A stretch of DNA of 63,802 bases, taken from assembly GCA_964304625.1 (NCBI GenBank), contig OZ199840.1, positions 10,051,218 through 10,115,019 on the forward strand, written 5' to 3'. The translations under genes were made by a program, and so were the position numbers. The DNA comes from Kudoa neothunni (Eukaryota; Animalia; Cnidaria). The stretch's first letter is position 1. Every line of letters begins with the position of its first letter. The notes beneath the pieces were generated by a model. That model was not told where the DNA came from, searched no databases, and saw only the letters and a program-made list of their open reading frames with translations. This document shows positions 25,269-39,278 of the stretch, piece after piece.

Positions 25269-26374
25269 CTAGCGCGAACTACCCCTCGTTGCTTGGAGGA
25301 GATTTCGCCTAGAAACGTTTTTTAATAGTATTCAAAAAATATATTGAAGTTTTGAATTAACCCATAGAAACAAAATAACTAAATATTTTTAAGCAACATA
25401 CTTTAACGACTTGGACTAGCGAAATTAAAATTATTTTTTCATTTCTGTAAAGGAGTGTTCCAATCCCAGAGTTCATTTAAAAATTTCGTGGTTCGGCACT
25501 AACGCTAAATAATTTAAGGTCAGCGACATCATCGTATTTTTTTAATTTTCGAATTGCTTAAATCCCGCCAGAGTATTATCTAAAACGTTATTTTTTGGCC
25601 CAGCTCAGAAAGTTCGTGCACAACTATTCATGGGAGATAAATAAATTATAAAGATATAAGAAAACATTAATGTGCTTTTTCTCACGAACAGCCACATATC
25701 GCGCCAATATAAACACAATTAATTAAAATAATTTAGTGAAATAGTAATAAAACCATCTGCATTGAATTTAATCACGGAAAGTGAAACTTAGCGGATGATT
25801 TCAATGAAACCTACGGAAGCCGTATTTCCATTATAACGCTTCAATCAATGTAATTTTAACGTTCTCCACAAAATTGTTATTCATGAAACATACATAGATT
25901 TTTTATCACAACTCAAACCATTAATGGAACTTTCAAAATGTGTTTATCAAGTCAAATACGTTAAAACTCCACAAATAAGAAATTAATCTGCATGAAGGCC
26001 TAAATTTATACACTAAATTTATATACGAAATGAGATAGCAGCAGTTGACCAACATTTGATAGATCATATAATGGGGAAAATTAATTTCAACCAACCATCA
26101 ACAGGTCAAACGCAGGTGTTAATCTTATTGTTAAACTCAAATAATCCAATAAACAAACAATGAATCGACAAAATCACCATTTTTCAAACACTTAAGGGGA
26201 CATTTTGTAGTGTGAAAACGTTTTACAGATTTTTTGAACCATTGTGATTTTTAAAAAATTTCATAAATATCTCTTTATAAGGAAAAAATATTGACGCACA
26301 TGTGTACTTACTGACACACACACACACACACACACAAGGACACTTCAGCTTTACATATATAAGTAGATAGTAGA
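25269..26374 (-). mobile_element. Non-autonomous Helitron-like element (copy H2) carrying a (CA)n tract
   Basis: On the minus strand: TCTAC..atatatgtaaagctgaag-(GT)n 5' end and gcaacgaggggtagttcgcg-CTAG 3' end; homologous to H1 and H3. Confidence 0.7.
26314..26336. repeat. (CA)n microsatellite within the Helitron 5' end
   Basis: Directly visible acacac... run. Confidence 0.9.
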
Positions 26375-26801
26375 TGTATAGTTTTATGTATAGAATAGAG
26401 GTGGTAATACATTTGTATCATCATTCAGTCAGTTAATACTCAACCAACTTTGGTTTAAATTATTTATAAACATAATTTGAATGCGTTTATTAGTTTCTGT
26501 GAGGTGCGAAATAAATCATTTAAAAATTATTAAATATTCTTGTAATAAAAATTTCTTATTTTTAGACTTTTTGTGAAATATACTTCATGTAAAAATGATC
26601 TTTTAGATTGTTTTCTTTTAATAAAAAAATGGTTATAATTTTAATCTTCTTAGGATACAAATGGTTTTTTAGTAACAACTTATTATATTTAAAGAATGAA
26701 TTATTAAATATGTTATACATATAGATGAAGTTTTTTGAGTACTATACTTTGTGCAGATATTATTAGAGTACTTATTTAGGGTATGGTTAAATTCTTGTTA
26801 A

Positions 26802-28996
26802 CCCTCTAAGCTACAAAAAAAAATACCACCCTCCAACCAACTTAGGGTAAATATCATCCCAGACTTTTTTGCTTAAATTTCGTTTAAAAATTATTTTAAT
26901 TTGACTTGCAAATTTTTAAAAAATTCTATTGTAAGGATTTGGAGAAAACCTGAAATTACTGCATTAAATAATCTCACTCGATTAGTTTCGGTTATGTATC
27001 GTACGTTTCCGGAATAAATAAAACTAAGACAATACTATCAAACAACCATAAAACGACATTTTTGAAACAAAATAAACTTTACAAAATAATAAAAAAATGA
27101 GAATTTAGCCTAAGCACAATCTGTACATTTATTCGAAGAATGAAATTTGCAGTAGAATTTATTACAACTGAAACATTTATTGGATGTTTTTTTGTCATTT
27201 TTGATAGGAAAAACACGAAACGTCCTTGTTTTATTTTTGATGTTTTTATTTATTTTCATGTTACCGTTCATCAACGATTGGTACAGGATGTCGACCATTT
27301 CCTTCGAAAAAATGCGCCTTAATTTCGTTTTATCATTTTATACAATGGGTAAAGTGTGGTTCGTAGTGACGTGTAGTTCGTAATTTGAGAAAATGTTACA
27401 AAATTAACGTACATGTAAGCTTATAATAAGTTATTTATTTCTCAAGCTATTTAAAAACATATATCTGCTCGTTAAGAACATAAAAAAATATTTATAAATT
27501 AATTAGATTTTTTATGGATTATTTTGTAGTGATGTGCGGTTCATAACCTATCAAGTGCGTTAACATTTTCGTTTTCGATTAGTGGCGAAATGGCGGACTG
27601 AAATAAAAATTGAGTGAGGATATTTAAACAGAAACACGAAACAATAAAGTTTTTCCAAAACCAGCGAAAACGTGGAGCGGAAACAATATTGGAAATGACG
27701 CCAGTATTAATGATTTTATAAGTGATGGTAACTATAACAGGAATGACAAGTTTCGTAAATCTGGCGATAGGGAACGAAAAATTATTCCATTCAAAATTGC
27801 CTCTCTCTCATTTGTCTGATTTAAGACATTATTTGAAATATCAAGGTTGAAATAGTTATAAACTGCAAACGGATAATGGACAAGAAGTATACAATATAAT
27901 TGTCAGAAAACGTAAACATATCACTATAACTGAGAAATTTCCTTCAAAATAATTTATCATTGTAGTTGATTTAACGTATTTATCCCTCCGCAATGTTACG
28001 CGCGCAATCTTAGAAATTACGAACCACACGTACTATCTGTGTAGTTCGTAGTTTTTTTTGACCCCAAGGGGATTAAGAATCACCCCTCACTCACTATATA
28101 TGTTACTGTATAACGCAAAAGCATTTATTAATCATAAGTCGACTATATCGAAAAATATGACCATGGGCCATTTCCTGTTAAACCATCTTACAGAGACACA
28201 CGACAACATTCTGTCAACAATGTCCACTCCCCCTTTGTTTGGTCGTACCACAATATTTTTTGGGGCTTTTTCTTTTCACATTCACTAAAAATGTTCGTGT
28301 TAATAGTCCCAGTTGACAAAAGAACCACACACTTCCTTTTCTTGTTAAGTTATATTTTCTCAAAATTAGTATATTCTTTTCTTCATTCAATTATTTTTGC
28401 GCCAAACTAATTAAATATTTATAGATGAAGCGATATTGCATAATTTAATCCATTGTGATAATACTGCGTATAGAAAGGAAATATGTATAGGCGTTATAGG
28501 ACAAATTGAAGCGTCATATTTTAATAAATGATAAACATTAATGAATGTTATAAAAACATATCAAATATATGGTACCCGCCTTTAATTATTGAGAATTAAA
28601 CCCGTTTTGGTAAGTATTAACGTGAACCCCTAAAACTATGCATGGACATCACCGGAATCCTATTATACAACGTGAGGGAAATCCAAACTAAAACGTTATC
28701 CTTATATTTTTTAATCATTCGTGTCATTATAATTACTTTATTTATATATAAAAGATAACATTTGATTTTACGCTTGAAACATGATTTTTAAGGCGTGTAA
28801 ATAAACCGTCGGCACATTGAACACATTTTTACCTGAATATATGTCGTCTCCTTTTTACAAAAGTTAATATGAACAAAATTGGCATAACTATAGGAGATTA
28901 CACAAACTTATAAGCTAAAATATGGTGTTTTGATGGATAAAAACCCAGATTTAAGAAAAGTGGGGTCTCAAAGACCCTCTATTGGCCCCGGGAGGG
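26802..28996 (-). mobile_element. piggyBac transposon remnant
   Basis: TTAA|CCCT and AGGG|TTAA ends. Minus-strand fragments YDQTK..VDIVDRM..RKWPMVIFFDIVD..NAFALY (~28100-28280) and the C-terminal Cys-rich DKKTSNKCFSCNKFYCKFH..C..C (27110-27200). May be a composite of two elements. Confidence 0.75.
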
Positions 28997-29307
28997 TTAA
29001 TTAATAAAATAATAATTTTCAAAATAACTATGAAAAATAATCAAAATTTATTTATTTTTTTGTATTATTATACGTGTAAGAAAAAGTGTTTGAGTAAAAA
29101 TTTTGTGGATTTGTATAGAAGTTGAATGGATTAAATTGAACGAGTGCCTTCCGAATAACATTTTAAAACCTATTCTCTATTACGAACTAACCTATAATTC
29201 ATTTAATGAATGTATGGACCAAGTTAAATAGAAACGAGCATTTCTAATAACCAAAACGTTATACACTTATTATAATATTGATTTTGGTTCTGAGTAGATT
29301 TTTAGAT

Positions 29308-32300
29308 ATGAATCGTCTATCAGTTATTTTTTTTCTGCAACTTTTGTGTCGCAATATCACCACATGTATAAAATAATGACTAATATATAAATTGCTGATA
29401 TACTCATAGTTAAAGCATTTGACTCGTATAAACTGGACTCTGGTGAGTTCCCTTATCAAGAGAATGGCTCCACGGATGTCACTAAAATTCTTACCAGATT
29501 CTATGTAAGGGAAGATGGCACCTGTCAAAAATTTTATTATAAAGGAAGTGGTGGTAATTCCAATAACTTTGGAACTGAACATGAATGTCTGGATCATCGT
29601 AAGTAATATTAACTTTGATAGATATTTATTTTATATTTTAGTAAAAGACCTTAGTAAATGGGAAACTCTCCAAGGCTGTAAGGAAGGATACATTGCGGAA
29701 GGTCCGTGCACCAAGAACTCCATCACTAAATGGGGTTTTGTTGCCAGCGCAAGCACCTGTACTTCATTTACCTACGGAGGTTGTGGTGGTAACAATAATC
29801 GGTTTGATACTGAAGACAATTGTAAAAAAGCATGTGACGGTAAAATTATACAGTAGGTGACAGGTCGTGGGCGCAAAAATAGGAATTGGGTTCAATGTGC
29901 CCACGACCCCCTCAAATGCTCTTGAACCGTCATGGCGCATTCAAGCAATACAAAATTTTAGTACGTGCTCTTGCTATTTAATCTCCTTTATATATCACTA
30001 TTTTTGTATTAACACCATGAAATATATTTAATAAAAATAAATTTTCTCATAGCAATGAGTTAGAGGTTAAATGCGATTAATCTAGTCGATCCTCGACTTT
30101 AATTTGTTTCTACAAATTATTTAGACAATGTGATGATAATGCTACCGATTTCTGTCACAAGAATTAAATAAAATAGTAAATACAATTCATACATCCAATT
30201 TTATTACAATCAACATTTTTTTTAATCATAAGGTTTAGACGATCTTCAATAAAAACATGCAGAGAAATTTCTTAATGAATAATTATACCTTAAGGAAGTG
30301 CTGTGAAACAAATAAATTATTTTTTGTACTAAAGAGAAGTAGTAGTAAGAATTAATAGTCAAGATAAATTTAATATACAGTATGGTCTCGATATTGTAAG
30401 GTTTGATATAGGGTAGTCGTTATTTTTTTCAAATTTCTGTAACCAACATTCTAACCTTTTCGATGCATATAGTCTTCTACTTTCGATTTATATCTGGAAA
30501 TACGAAATAATATTTAAAAAATGTATTTTTCGTAAAATTCAGGGTCTTGTTAAAATTTGCAGTGGTTACTTCAAGTTTAATCCGATTAATCCACTAAATT
30601 ACACATCCGAACGCTCGGTATTGTGAAAGAAACAAACTTTCGTAAAAATGTGAACAATTCGATATTATGATTCAATTACCTCAATCCGAAATACCAAAAA
30701 TTACACTATAGCGCGATAGAATACAATTAATTCAGTTATTGTGAGTTTTATTCGAATTAAATTTAGATTTTCTTTTTTGTGTAGAATTATATCTAATAAA
30801 TCTGATATAACGAACTCCAATGTTGTTACTCTCAGTAAAGGAATTACAAATAAAAGCTACACCCAACTTCAAATGGCGTTGTATGGTTGTATTGTGTCAG
30901 AACACCAAAAAATTCGATATTCTAGAATTTTTATCACTGGTTTAAGTGGAACAAAAAACTTCTTAAAAATTTTAAGATTCCGTGTTGTTTAAAAATTCAT
31001 TCTTCATTGAGAAGGAGAAAAGCTGATGATAATATTGTTAATGGTTAGGTAATCCAATTTTATTAGGTAAAAAATAGATCTGAAAAAGAAAACATATTAA
31101 AGCTCGATAAGACCGCTCTTCCCCAAGAACAGCCTACTCAACAAACATATGATATAAAGAAGAAGTAGAATTAAAATTTATAAAACAATCAAAAAACCAG
31201 TAATAGAATTGTAGAGTGCATAATTTAATGGGATAAAAATTTCTATATATTGTCATCGGTAAATTTAAAGGGACACCCTATTTTAAAGGAATTTATGAAC
31301 TTTCTGTTAAATATTAACGATCAAAAATTGATTGAATATCTTCAACTATACTCTTGATATTATAAGAACTCTTGATTAGTTGTTCGCGAATGTTAAGGAA
31401 AAGTTCGTATACTGTTGGATCGATGTCCCTCACATCTTTAATTCAATAATACAAACGAGATAGATTATATTTTTATTAAAAAATAAAATAATTATTATTG
31501 TTGCACGTGCGCGAAATATCAACAAAGGGTAGTGAAAGAACAGGTCCCGAATTAGTGGGCAATATCGAAACCTTGCTGTATATTGATATGCGTAAATTTC
31601 ATAAAATTAATTTACATACTCAATACGATATAACGAACGCATGTAATTTTCGATGGATTAAATCGGCTTCTATAAATAAACGTCAAGTTTTTCGATTTTT
31701 TATGCATAAAGGAGATTATATACAGGTCTGCGCAAACATCTCAATGCCGCAAAAAATACAAATTAACATCATACAATATTTAATAAAATTATATTTCAGT
31801 TTCACCATTTTAATATAGTTATAGTACCATAGAGGTTTTTCCTCTCGAAAGAGATATTCCGTACCCTGAAAGAACATGCCTAATCTTAGCAAAAATTTTT
31901 ACCGCGAATGAAGACAACGGTAACTCGAAGAATCCATAAAAATTGTCGGCAATTTTATATTGCTGAAATCTTTTTTTTAAACAATTTGAGTAGTGCATTT
32001 CAACAAAAGTTTCAGCATTAGAAAGTGAGCGTGCTGTTTGACAAAATTTTTAGAAAAAAACTTCTAGGTCTTGTGTAACTATCTATTATTTTAAATGGTA
32101 ATCCATCATACACCACTACTGAAACAAGATAAATCATTATCTTTTGATTGTTGTGATCTTTAAATAACAAAAGGGGGCAGGAGAGACACGCTTTAACGAT
32201 TCTATCATGGAATGATACTTCGATAATGCATATGTTTCTACACATGGTTTTGTACGTAACATTAACTTATAGTATTTGTAAACAAAATCATTTAAATAAC

Positions 32301-33809
32301 TTCCAAGTTAACTCAATCCTTAATATAATTATCCATATCACAACTTTTCTGCACATTCTTATTAAGGCGCGCTTTCCGAAACAAGCCGAAAAAATAAACG
32401 TCCAAACAGCCTGATATAATCGACGTTTTAAATCTAAAATTACATGCCCTAAATATAATTAAAAAAATTTATCGTACTTACTAGTTGGATTTTGCTTTGA
32501 AAAAGTTCTTAATATTTTATTGGTAAAATTCTGACTTTCTTAAATCGTAAATCGTAAATCTTCGTTTCTAGATCTATGACCGTTGATAACATTTGATATT
32601 TTCGTTTTCTGAAAAATTTTTACATTTTTCTCAAATAAATTAGAGCATCATTCATAGAAATATTAAATTTTTTTAATATTTTGTGATTATTTGTAATTTT
32701 TAATCCATTATTAAGTCTCATAATGGATTATTTATTAACCAAAATCTTATTTAAAGAGGATAGAGATTTTAAGTTAAAACAATTGAGTACTTTAATTTTT
32801 CTGTTTCTCTATTCGATATTCTTTCATAATATGGCGTATCTACTCCTTCTCTCAAAAAACGAAGCTGCTTGATTCTCTTCAAGTGCTCACTGCCCTTCAA
32901 ATGTCCATGAGTCGTAAATGTGAGCTAATTCTTTATTTATTTCGATTTAAACCAAAAATTAAGGTTTTAATAATTTCGCATAATTGTTATGCTTTTATTT
33001 GATCTCTTAAATTAGTAACTGAATAGTGTAAGTCATCAAATCATGACGGGTGAGCACGAGCCGTCACCCACAGTAAATAATTCGCATTATTTATCTTTGT
33101 TTTAGTGGATCCTAATAATAAAGCCCCTAATAAATATGACTGTGGACTTTCGCCGAAATATCCCACAAGTGATGAGGTTAAAGTTGCAATAATAAAAGCA
33201 CAAGATACACAAACCAAGTGTCATTATGCTATTGTTGATAAATCAGAAACCAGAGGAATATTCCCTACTTTCAGCAAATGTCTCTCAACGTGCTATGGTA
33301 TGTTTTATAAATATGCATACAATTACTAATGTTTAGAAACGAGTGCTCTGATTAATGCATGCAGACAGGAAGAACCAGATCAAGATAACACTGCTGAAGG
33401 AGAACCAGTCGTGAAGTTTTACTATAAGAAAACGGAACAAGCATGTTTGCCATTCCTTACGAAACCAAAAAATTCAGGATTTGATGCAACTAAAAATTAC
33501 TTTAATACAGAAGAAGAATGTATGAGCTACTGTCCAGTCGCTGAAGGTAAAATTGTCTCACTACCAACAAATATTAATTAAAAATTAGACAAAATAAAAG
33601 AGATGACGTATCATGTATCAAAGGATATTTGCAACCTAAAAACGGCGCCTACACAGTCAGGTTCATTGAGTAGCGTAATTAAATGGTACCACCTTAATAG
33701 TGGTGAATCCTCAACGTGTACAAGTACAACCCATGGAGGAGTTGGAGATATTACTAGCTTCTTTGATTCAGAAGATGAATGCAAAAATTTATGTGAGAAC
33801 GCGCAATAA
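29308..33809 (+). CDS. Secreted penta-Kunitz protein K2; intron 3 expanded by a 3.2-kb transposon insertion
   Basis: Exons 1-3 at 29308-29839 and exons 4-6 at 33106-33809; all are open and colinear with K1. Confidence 0.85.
29851..33073. mobile_element. Tc1/mariner-pogo-superfamily TIR element inside K2 intron 3
   Basis: TA duplication; imperfect TIR cagtaggtgacaggtcgtg versus (rc) ctgtgggtgacggctcgtg. Removing it restores a 41-nt GT-AG intron. Confidence 0.8.
30378..31578 (+). mobile_element. Decayed pogo-like element nested within the K2 intronic element
   Basis: TA-flanked TIR cagtatggtctcgatattg versus (rc) cagcaaggtttcgatattg; degenerate transposase words DKTALPQEQP..TY and VIGKFKGTPYFKG. 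Confidence 0.7.
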
Positions 33810-34409
33810 TTCACATTAAATGTTATTTTTAGCGATCTTATATATCATTACAAATATTATATACGGTTATTTTTATTTTTTATATCTATTGTGAGTTCTT
33901 TGGCGTCTAATGCATTATTAAAAAATATTGATCAAAAATGTTATTATGAATTTTATTGTCACATTAACTCATTATATGCATTCATATAAGTTTTAAAATA
34001 TTCAGTAATAGAAATAAACCAATAACATCATTATCATTTAAATTTACGAACTAAGATTACATAATTATTTTAATATACCAGAAATAATCAACATCGCCTT
34101 TGTTTTAATAATAACTCATTGAACAATGAATTTAAATGTGGACTAGTGAAATTTCCACATAATTAATGATTTTGGGTATATTTATTCACATTCTAACATT
34201 TTGTATATTATTTTGTTTACTTTTTAATATAACAGAATTTTATTCACAACGGACAGTGTAATAAATTAATTTTAGGTAAATTACTTCCTTGTTCCCACAT
34301 AAACAAAAACGTATATTAATGTTGTAAAATATTATAATAATTCAAAGTTTTTTATAAATAGAAATGCGAGTATAATACTCAATTGATATTCGTAACGAAT
34401 TATGTAACA

Positions 34410-35414
34410 TAGTAAGTAATCAATTTCACGCAATTTTTAAAAACCTATTTAGTTTGAATACTGATTCGTCATTGTTTATATAATGTGTTTCTTATAATAT
34501 TTCAACCAAAATTTGTATAAAAGTTATTTTAATAAGTTGCGAAATTATGTAATCAGAAGTCACGTGATTGATCAATTCCCCACATTTTCTTGGGTACTTG
34601 TTGTTTATTATTATTTTAAGTCAATATTCAATGCCAAAAAACTCCTACACCTGTATCTGTTGTCGCAAAGTACAATTTTAAGTATTATTGTGAAAGTCTC
34701 CAATCTAATGACCGAAAAACTGTCACTATATCGTGTTTTTAAATATCTATTATCTCGACTCCTAATGGCATCCTAGAGATGAGAAATAAAATAATCAAAA
34801 TCCATAAATGTTCGCAGAATCTAAAAATAGAAATTATTTACATGTAGGACAATTTAATTCTGTTGATGAAGATGTATATGAGCGGATTGAGTGCACACTA
34901 AGAAAAAAGATTGCAGTAAGCATCGTCGCGATAATCATCAAGAGAAATCTATCAGCCAAAGAAAAAGGTTTACCTTTGTGTGCTATTCGTGGTGGGTTTC
35001 GCTGTTTTAAAAAAGTTTTAACATTTAAAAATCGAATTTAATTAACTAATCTGCTGATGCTACCGCTGAAACTACTTCATAGTAGACCAATCAAATCAAA
35101 ACATTTTTTAAAAGATACTTTGAACATTTTATTTAGAATGTAGACGAAACTGTCTTATTCCACTGATAGCAGCAAGAAGTGTATTTCATATATCGTTGAA
35201 AAATATTTTTGTGTTGTTAACACGTTTCTCGAGTTTTAATTATCGTTTAAAAATTAATATATAGTTAATCAGCCTTTATAAACGCAATTTAACCATTATT
35301 AAACGTCAATTTTTTCTGAGATGATTGTGCACGCGAGTGAGTGAAACTGGACGTGACCGATTTGACGCACTTTTCTTGGTCCCGAGGGAATTACGTGAAA
35401 TTTGTTCCGTACTG
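34410..35414 (+). mobile_element. Deleted pogo-like remnant
   Basis: HTH fragment GQFNSVDEDVYE, a VDETVLF word, and a right TIR ending ...ccgtactg|TA; the left TIR is degenerate. Confidence 0.55.
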
Positions 35415-37019
35415 TAATTCCATAGTTTGTAATTTCATGGATTGATTACCATTTAAAATTAATATGAATATTACAACATAATTTATAATGATGTGGCCTT
35501 AAGTTTTTTATATTAACTTCAAATAATATATTACTTTTTATTTTTCATTTATTAAAAGAATATTATGAATATTTATATCAACAATACATACAGATCAAAT
35601 AGTACGTTCGCGCGATTTTAAAGTCAATTTTAGGCAAAATGATGCATATTATCAACAAAGCGTTTTAAATTACAATATTTTATTGATTTTTTGTCTGAAA
35701 ATTATTTTTCAGGTGTAAAAACTCAACTGAATTAAGTTTATAAACGTCAACTTAAGTAAGGTGTCCAACACGTATTAAATTATATATGAAAAAGCAAAAG
35801 TAAGTATTAGCCGTATTGCGTATTACCTGCAACCCACTGTAGTAGGTATAACTTTATTCATACTGCTGTGAAGAAGAGTCAAGCTCACTAAATAATTTTC
35901 TACAATCGCTTTCATTAAGTTAGTTAATGTATGCAATAAATTATCTGTCATCTTTTTTTTTAGTTATTATTTTCATAAATTTTGGATTCATTATGAGTTT
36001 GATTGAATTCATTACAGTTCGATTCATTATCTTCTTCGATGTGCGCGTTCGGGTCAGTTGATACATCGCCGTTCATTATTATATTCGCCATCTTCAGATG
36101 CAACCTTACGTTTTGAGTCAGCCGAATTATTGTTTATAACCCATATGAGGATCACAAGTATTTCTATACCGACCTCAGACGGTTTTATCGATTTTAGTAG
36201 GTGGTTATGCGGTAGTTGGTGCAAAATAAAGAACGGTCGTAAAACATTGGGTCCATATTTTTGATAACCATGGCATAATTAAACTTAAAATGAATTAAAA
36301 TGTTGAAGCTTGATGTTAATGGTAGTATGGGATTATCAGAATTACGGATCTTACAAAAAATTTCTGTTGTGAGGAAGGAAAATATAAAAATGTGCTCATT
36401 ATTACATCATCAGTCATCTTGTCAGGAATCATCGATAACTTGTTTTCCCCTAATAGTGAAATTCCTCTCCAAAGTGTTTTTTACCGCAAATAAATAAGAA
36501 TAATAAAGTAAAAAGTTATATGTGATCAATAACTTATTTTTAAAATCCTATATAGCATTAAATTCTTCCTAAGTTTTAGCATATGTTTTTATGCGATATA
36601 ATCAGTCGAATACATTGTTTTTGTTGTAAAATAAAATATAAAATGATAATATAATTGATTAAAATTTAGTTATTCGCCTAATAACATACAAAACTAATGG
36701 AAATAAAATTAATCTTATAATCCATCCACATGCACCATTGTTGTAGAAAGAGTCACCATCAATAAAGAGACTTTATTTAACCAATTTATACTTGGACCAA
36801 AAGGGGACCACTGAGCCTTTGTGTAACTCTTTGAAAAATCTTATAAAAACATACATAGGATAAACAAATTTTTTCTACTCCTGTAAATATAATTACATAA
36901 AATTTATGATATAATTTACGTAACATTAATTTTGTGATATAGAATATCCCTATAATTTTATAAGCAATTAATTAAATTTTGGATCAGAAAGGGACCTCCT
37001 GAGATTTCTAGGGTTAATA

Positions 37020-37594
37020 AGATTCTCACCAATGTCGTGAGGCTACTTTGTTTTCGCTATACGTTGTGCGATGTAATAGGACGCTGTAAGCATTGGTTTT
37101 TACTCTGGCATGAAACCAAATTTTGGCAATGTCCATGCGGTTCCAAATCTATTCCTTCTTACCTCAAATTTAGCTCGATAATCAGATGTATGAGTAGGAT
37201 GTACAGATTCTAGGTGTTGCTTTAGAATCGAAGGTTTCATAGAACCGTTTCCAAGTATCATTGAGCATAAAACTCATTGAGATTTCTCGAGCCCATCCAC
37301 AACAATTAGATCAACCCCATACTGTATATAAGAATCCAGACACGTACGTTTCTTCGATATGACAAAATATAAACTGATTTGAGTTGGTAATGGTCATATG
37401 ACTAAAATTCAATTTACTGTGAATGTGCAAAAATACCTTGTTCGGTGCTTTGTGAACAAAAATAAATTTGATAAAACTCGTTTCATTGTCGTAAGGAATT
37501 AACTTTACTACATACGAAATTTTTATATTCTACTATGATGTCCAACAATTTACCCCCTAACCTACCCAAATTTACCCCCGGGTGGGAACCTCTG
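37020..37594 (-). mobile_element. 5' fragment of a hAT (Buster-like) element
   Basis: TIR (rc) cagaggttccca at 37594. Minus-strand YIQYG..EKSQ*VLCSMILGNGSMKPSILKQHLESVHP matches the BED-like N-terminus also seen in the 953-4151 element. Confidence 0.7.
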
Positions 37595-39278
37595 CTTTAG
37601 CATAACTTGAAGAAAACCTGCTGGCTATGCGTTTAGATCGTTATCATTTTCAATAATGTGGTTTTAACTGAAACACTTTTGTAATTGGACTTTGGAAAAT
37701 AAATTATTCGTTTATTAAAGGATAGTATTTAACTTGCTGATTTTTTAAAAATACGAGGATGATGTTATATAATTTATTTTCATTATTAAATGATCAGCTA
37801 CAGAAATATAAGTATATATTGTAAACAGTATTTTTGAAATTATTATATTAATTAGTTGGATATATTTTAAATGTTTCGTAATCACTCTTGCTTTCTCATT
37901 CTATTCAAATTGAACTGGTGAATTTTTATTGCCTTTGGAAAATCATCAATTTTTGTGATGAAAAATCAAAGGACGACCCAAACATCTCCCTGATATGAAC
38001 GTATAAAGTTGGCTCATAAATCATTTTAAATCATTTTTCTAGAGGTTAAATCTACTCCAGATGTAATTCAAAGATTACTTCAGAAAGTTTTTATATATTA
38101 AAATAATCTGGCATTGTTTTGTTGATTGAACAGTATAATTTTATATAAATTGTACTAATAAGACTGACAGAAAATCTTGCAACAATATCACTCAATTCGT
38201 TCTACTAGTTACGCTAACAGTTTTGGGTGTATAAATGGCCACCAAAGAAAATTGACGATTTTTAAATTAAAGCGAGTCCTATAACTCTAAAGATCCCTAA
38301 AAGTAATAATTTTTTAATTGAACTCCTTTAATAATTCTTTATACATATAGTCGTCTATTATAAATCGGATTTCTTGACTCTAATGCCTTTAACCAAATAT
38401 AAACTGGAGCATACAAATTATTATTTTATCCCTGATCCATTTTTATTTTTAATAAATCAAAACTTAATTTATATGAGGAAATTAATTAGACATTTTTTTT
38501 GGAATTTCCAAACCAGAAATATGAACGAGGTCAAAATCGTGTATTGTAAAAGATTTGTCGGCTTTCGTTCGCAAATTTTTAAATAATGGAAAAATAATTT
38601 TTTTATTTCTAAATGATTTACATTGATATTATGTATGTAATTAATCTAAGAAAAGGATGTAGAAAATTAAGGTTGTAGCCGAAAAACTACGTAAGATCGA
38701 TATCTATTGTTTCTAAAAAAACTTTATTTGAAATTTTTAAGTTCATTTACATAACAAACTATCTTAATTTACAAAAATAGTTTGCCTCCGATAATTATAT
38801 TTTAGAGAAGAAGAAAAAAAATACGTAAAATCGATTACCTACTGTATTAAGATAATATATAAATGGTGAATAAATGTGTTTATTGTTAATTCTGAATGAA
38901 AAAAATCTTATCTCTACGACACTTTCACAATATTATGAATGCGTTAGTCTATTACATTGATGCTTTTGTAATCTGAGCTTTATATTTTTATTTAAATATT
39001 TTCACTTTTTGTTTTATAGAAATTTTTTCCTCATTTATTTAAAAATTAAAGGAAGATATAATATGTGGAAGTAAATATATAAAGTAATTATTTTAGAATA
39101 ATTTAAAATTATTATTTAATATCTATTTGGTTAAATCATGAAAAATGCTTAGCTAACGCTTATAGGAACCCTTCAGCATTGGTACAATAAACAGAATCGA
39201 CATGTATTTTCGGTGACATGATTTTTATGTTTCCAGAAATTTGATTCATTTAATAAACATTTGGAACAATACTTAATA

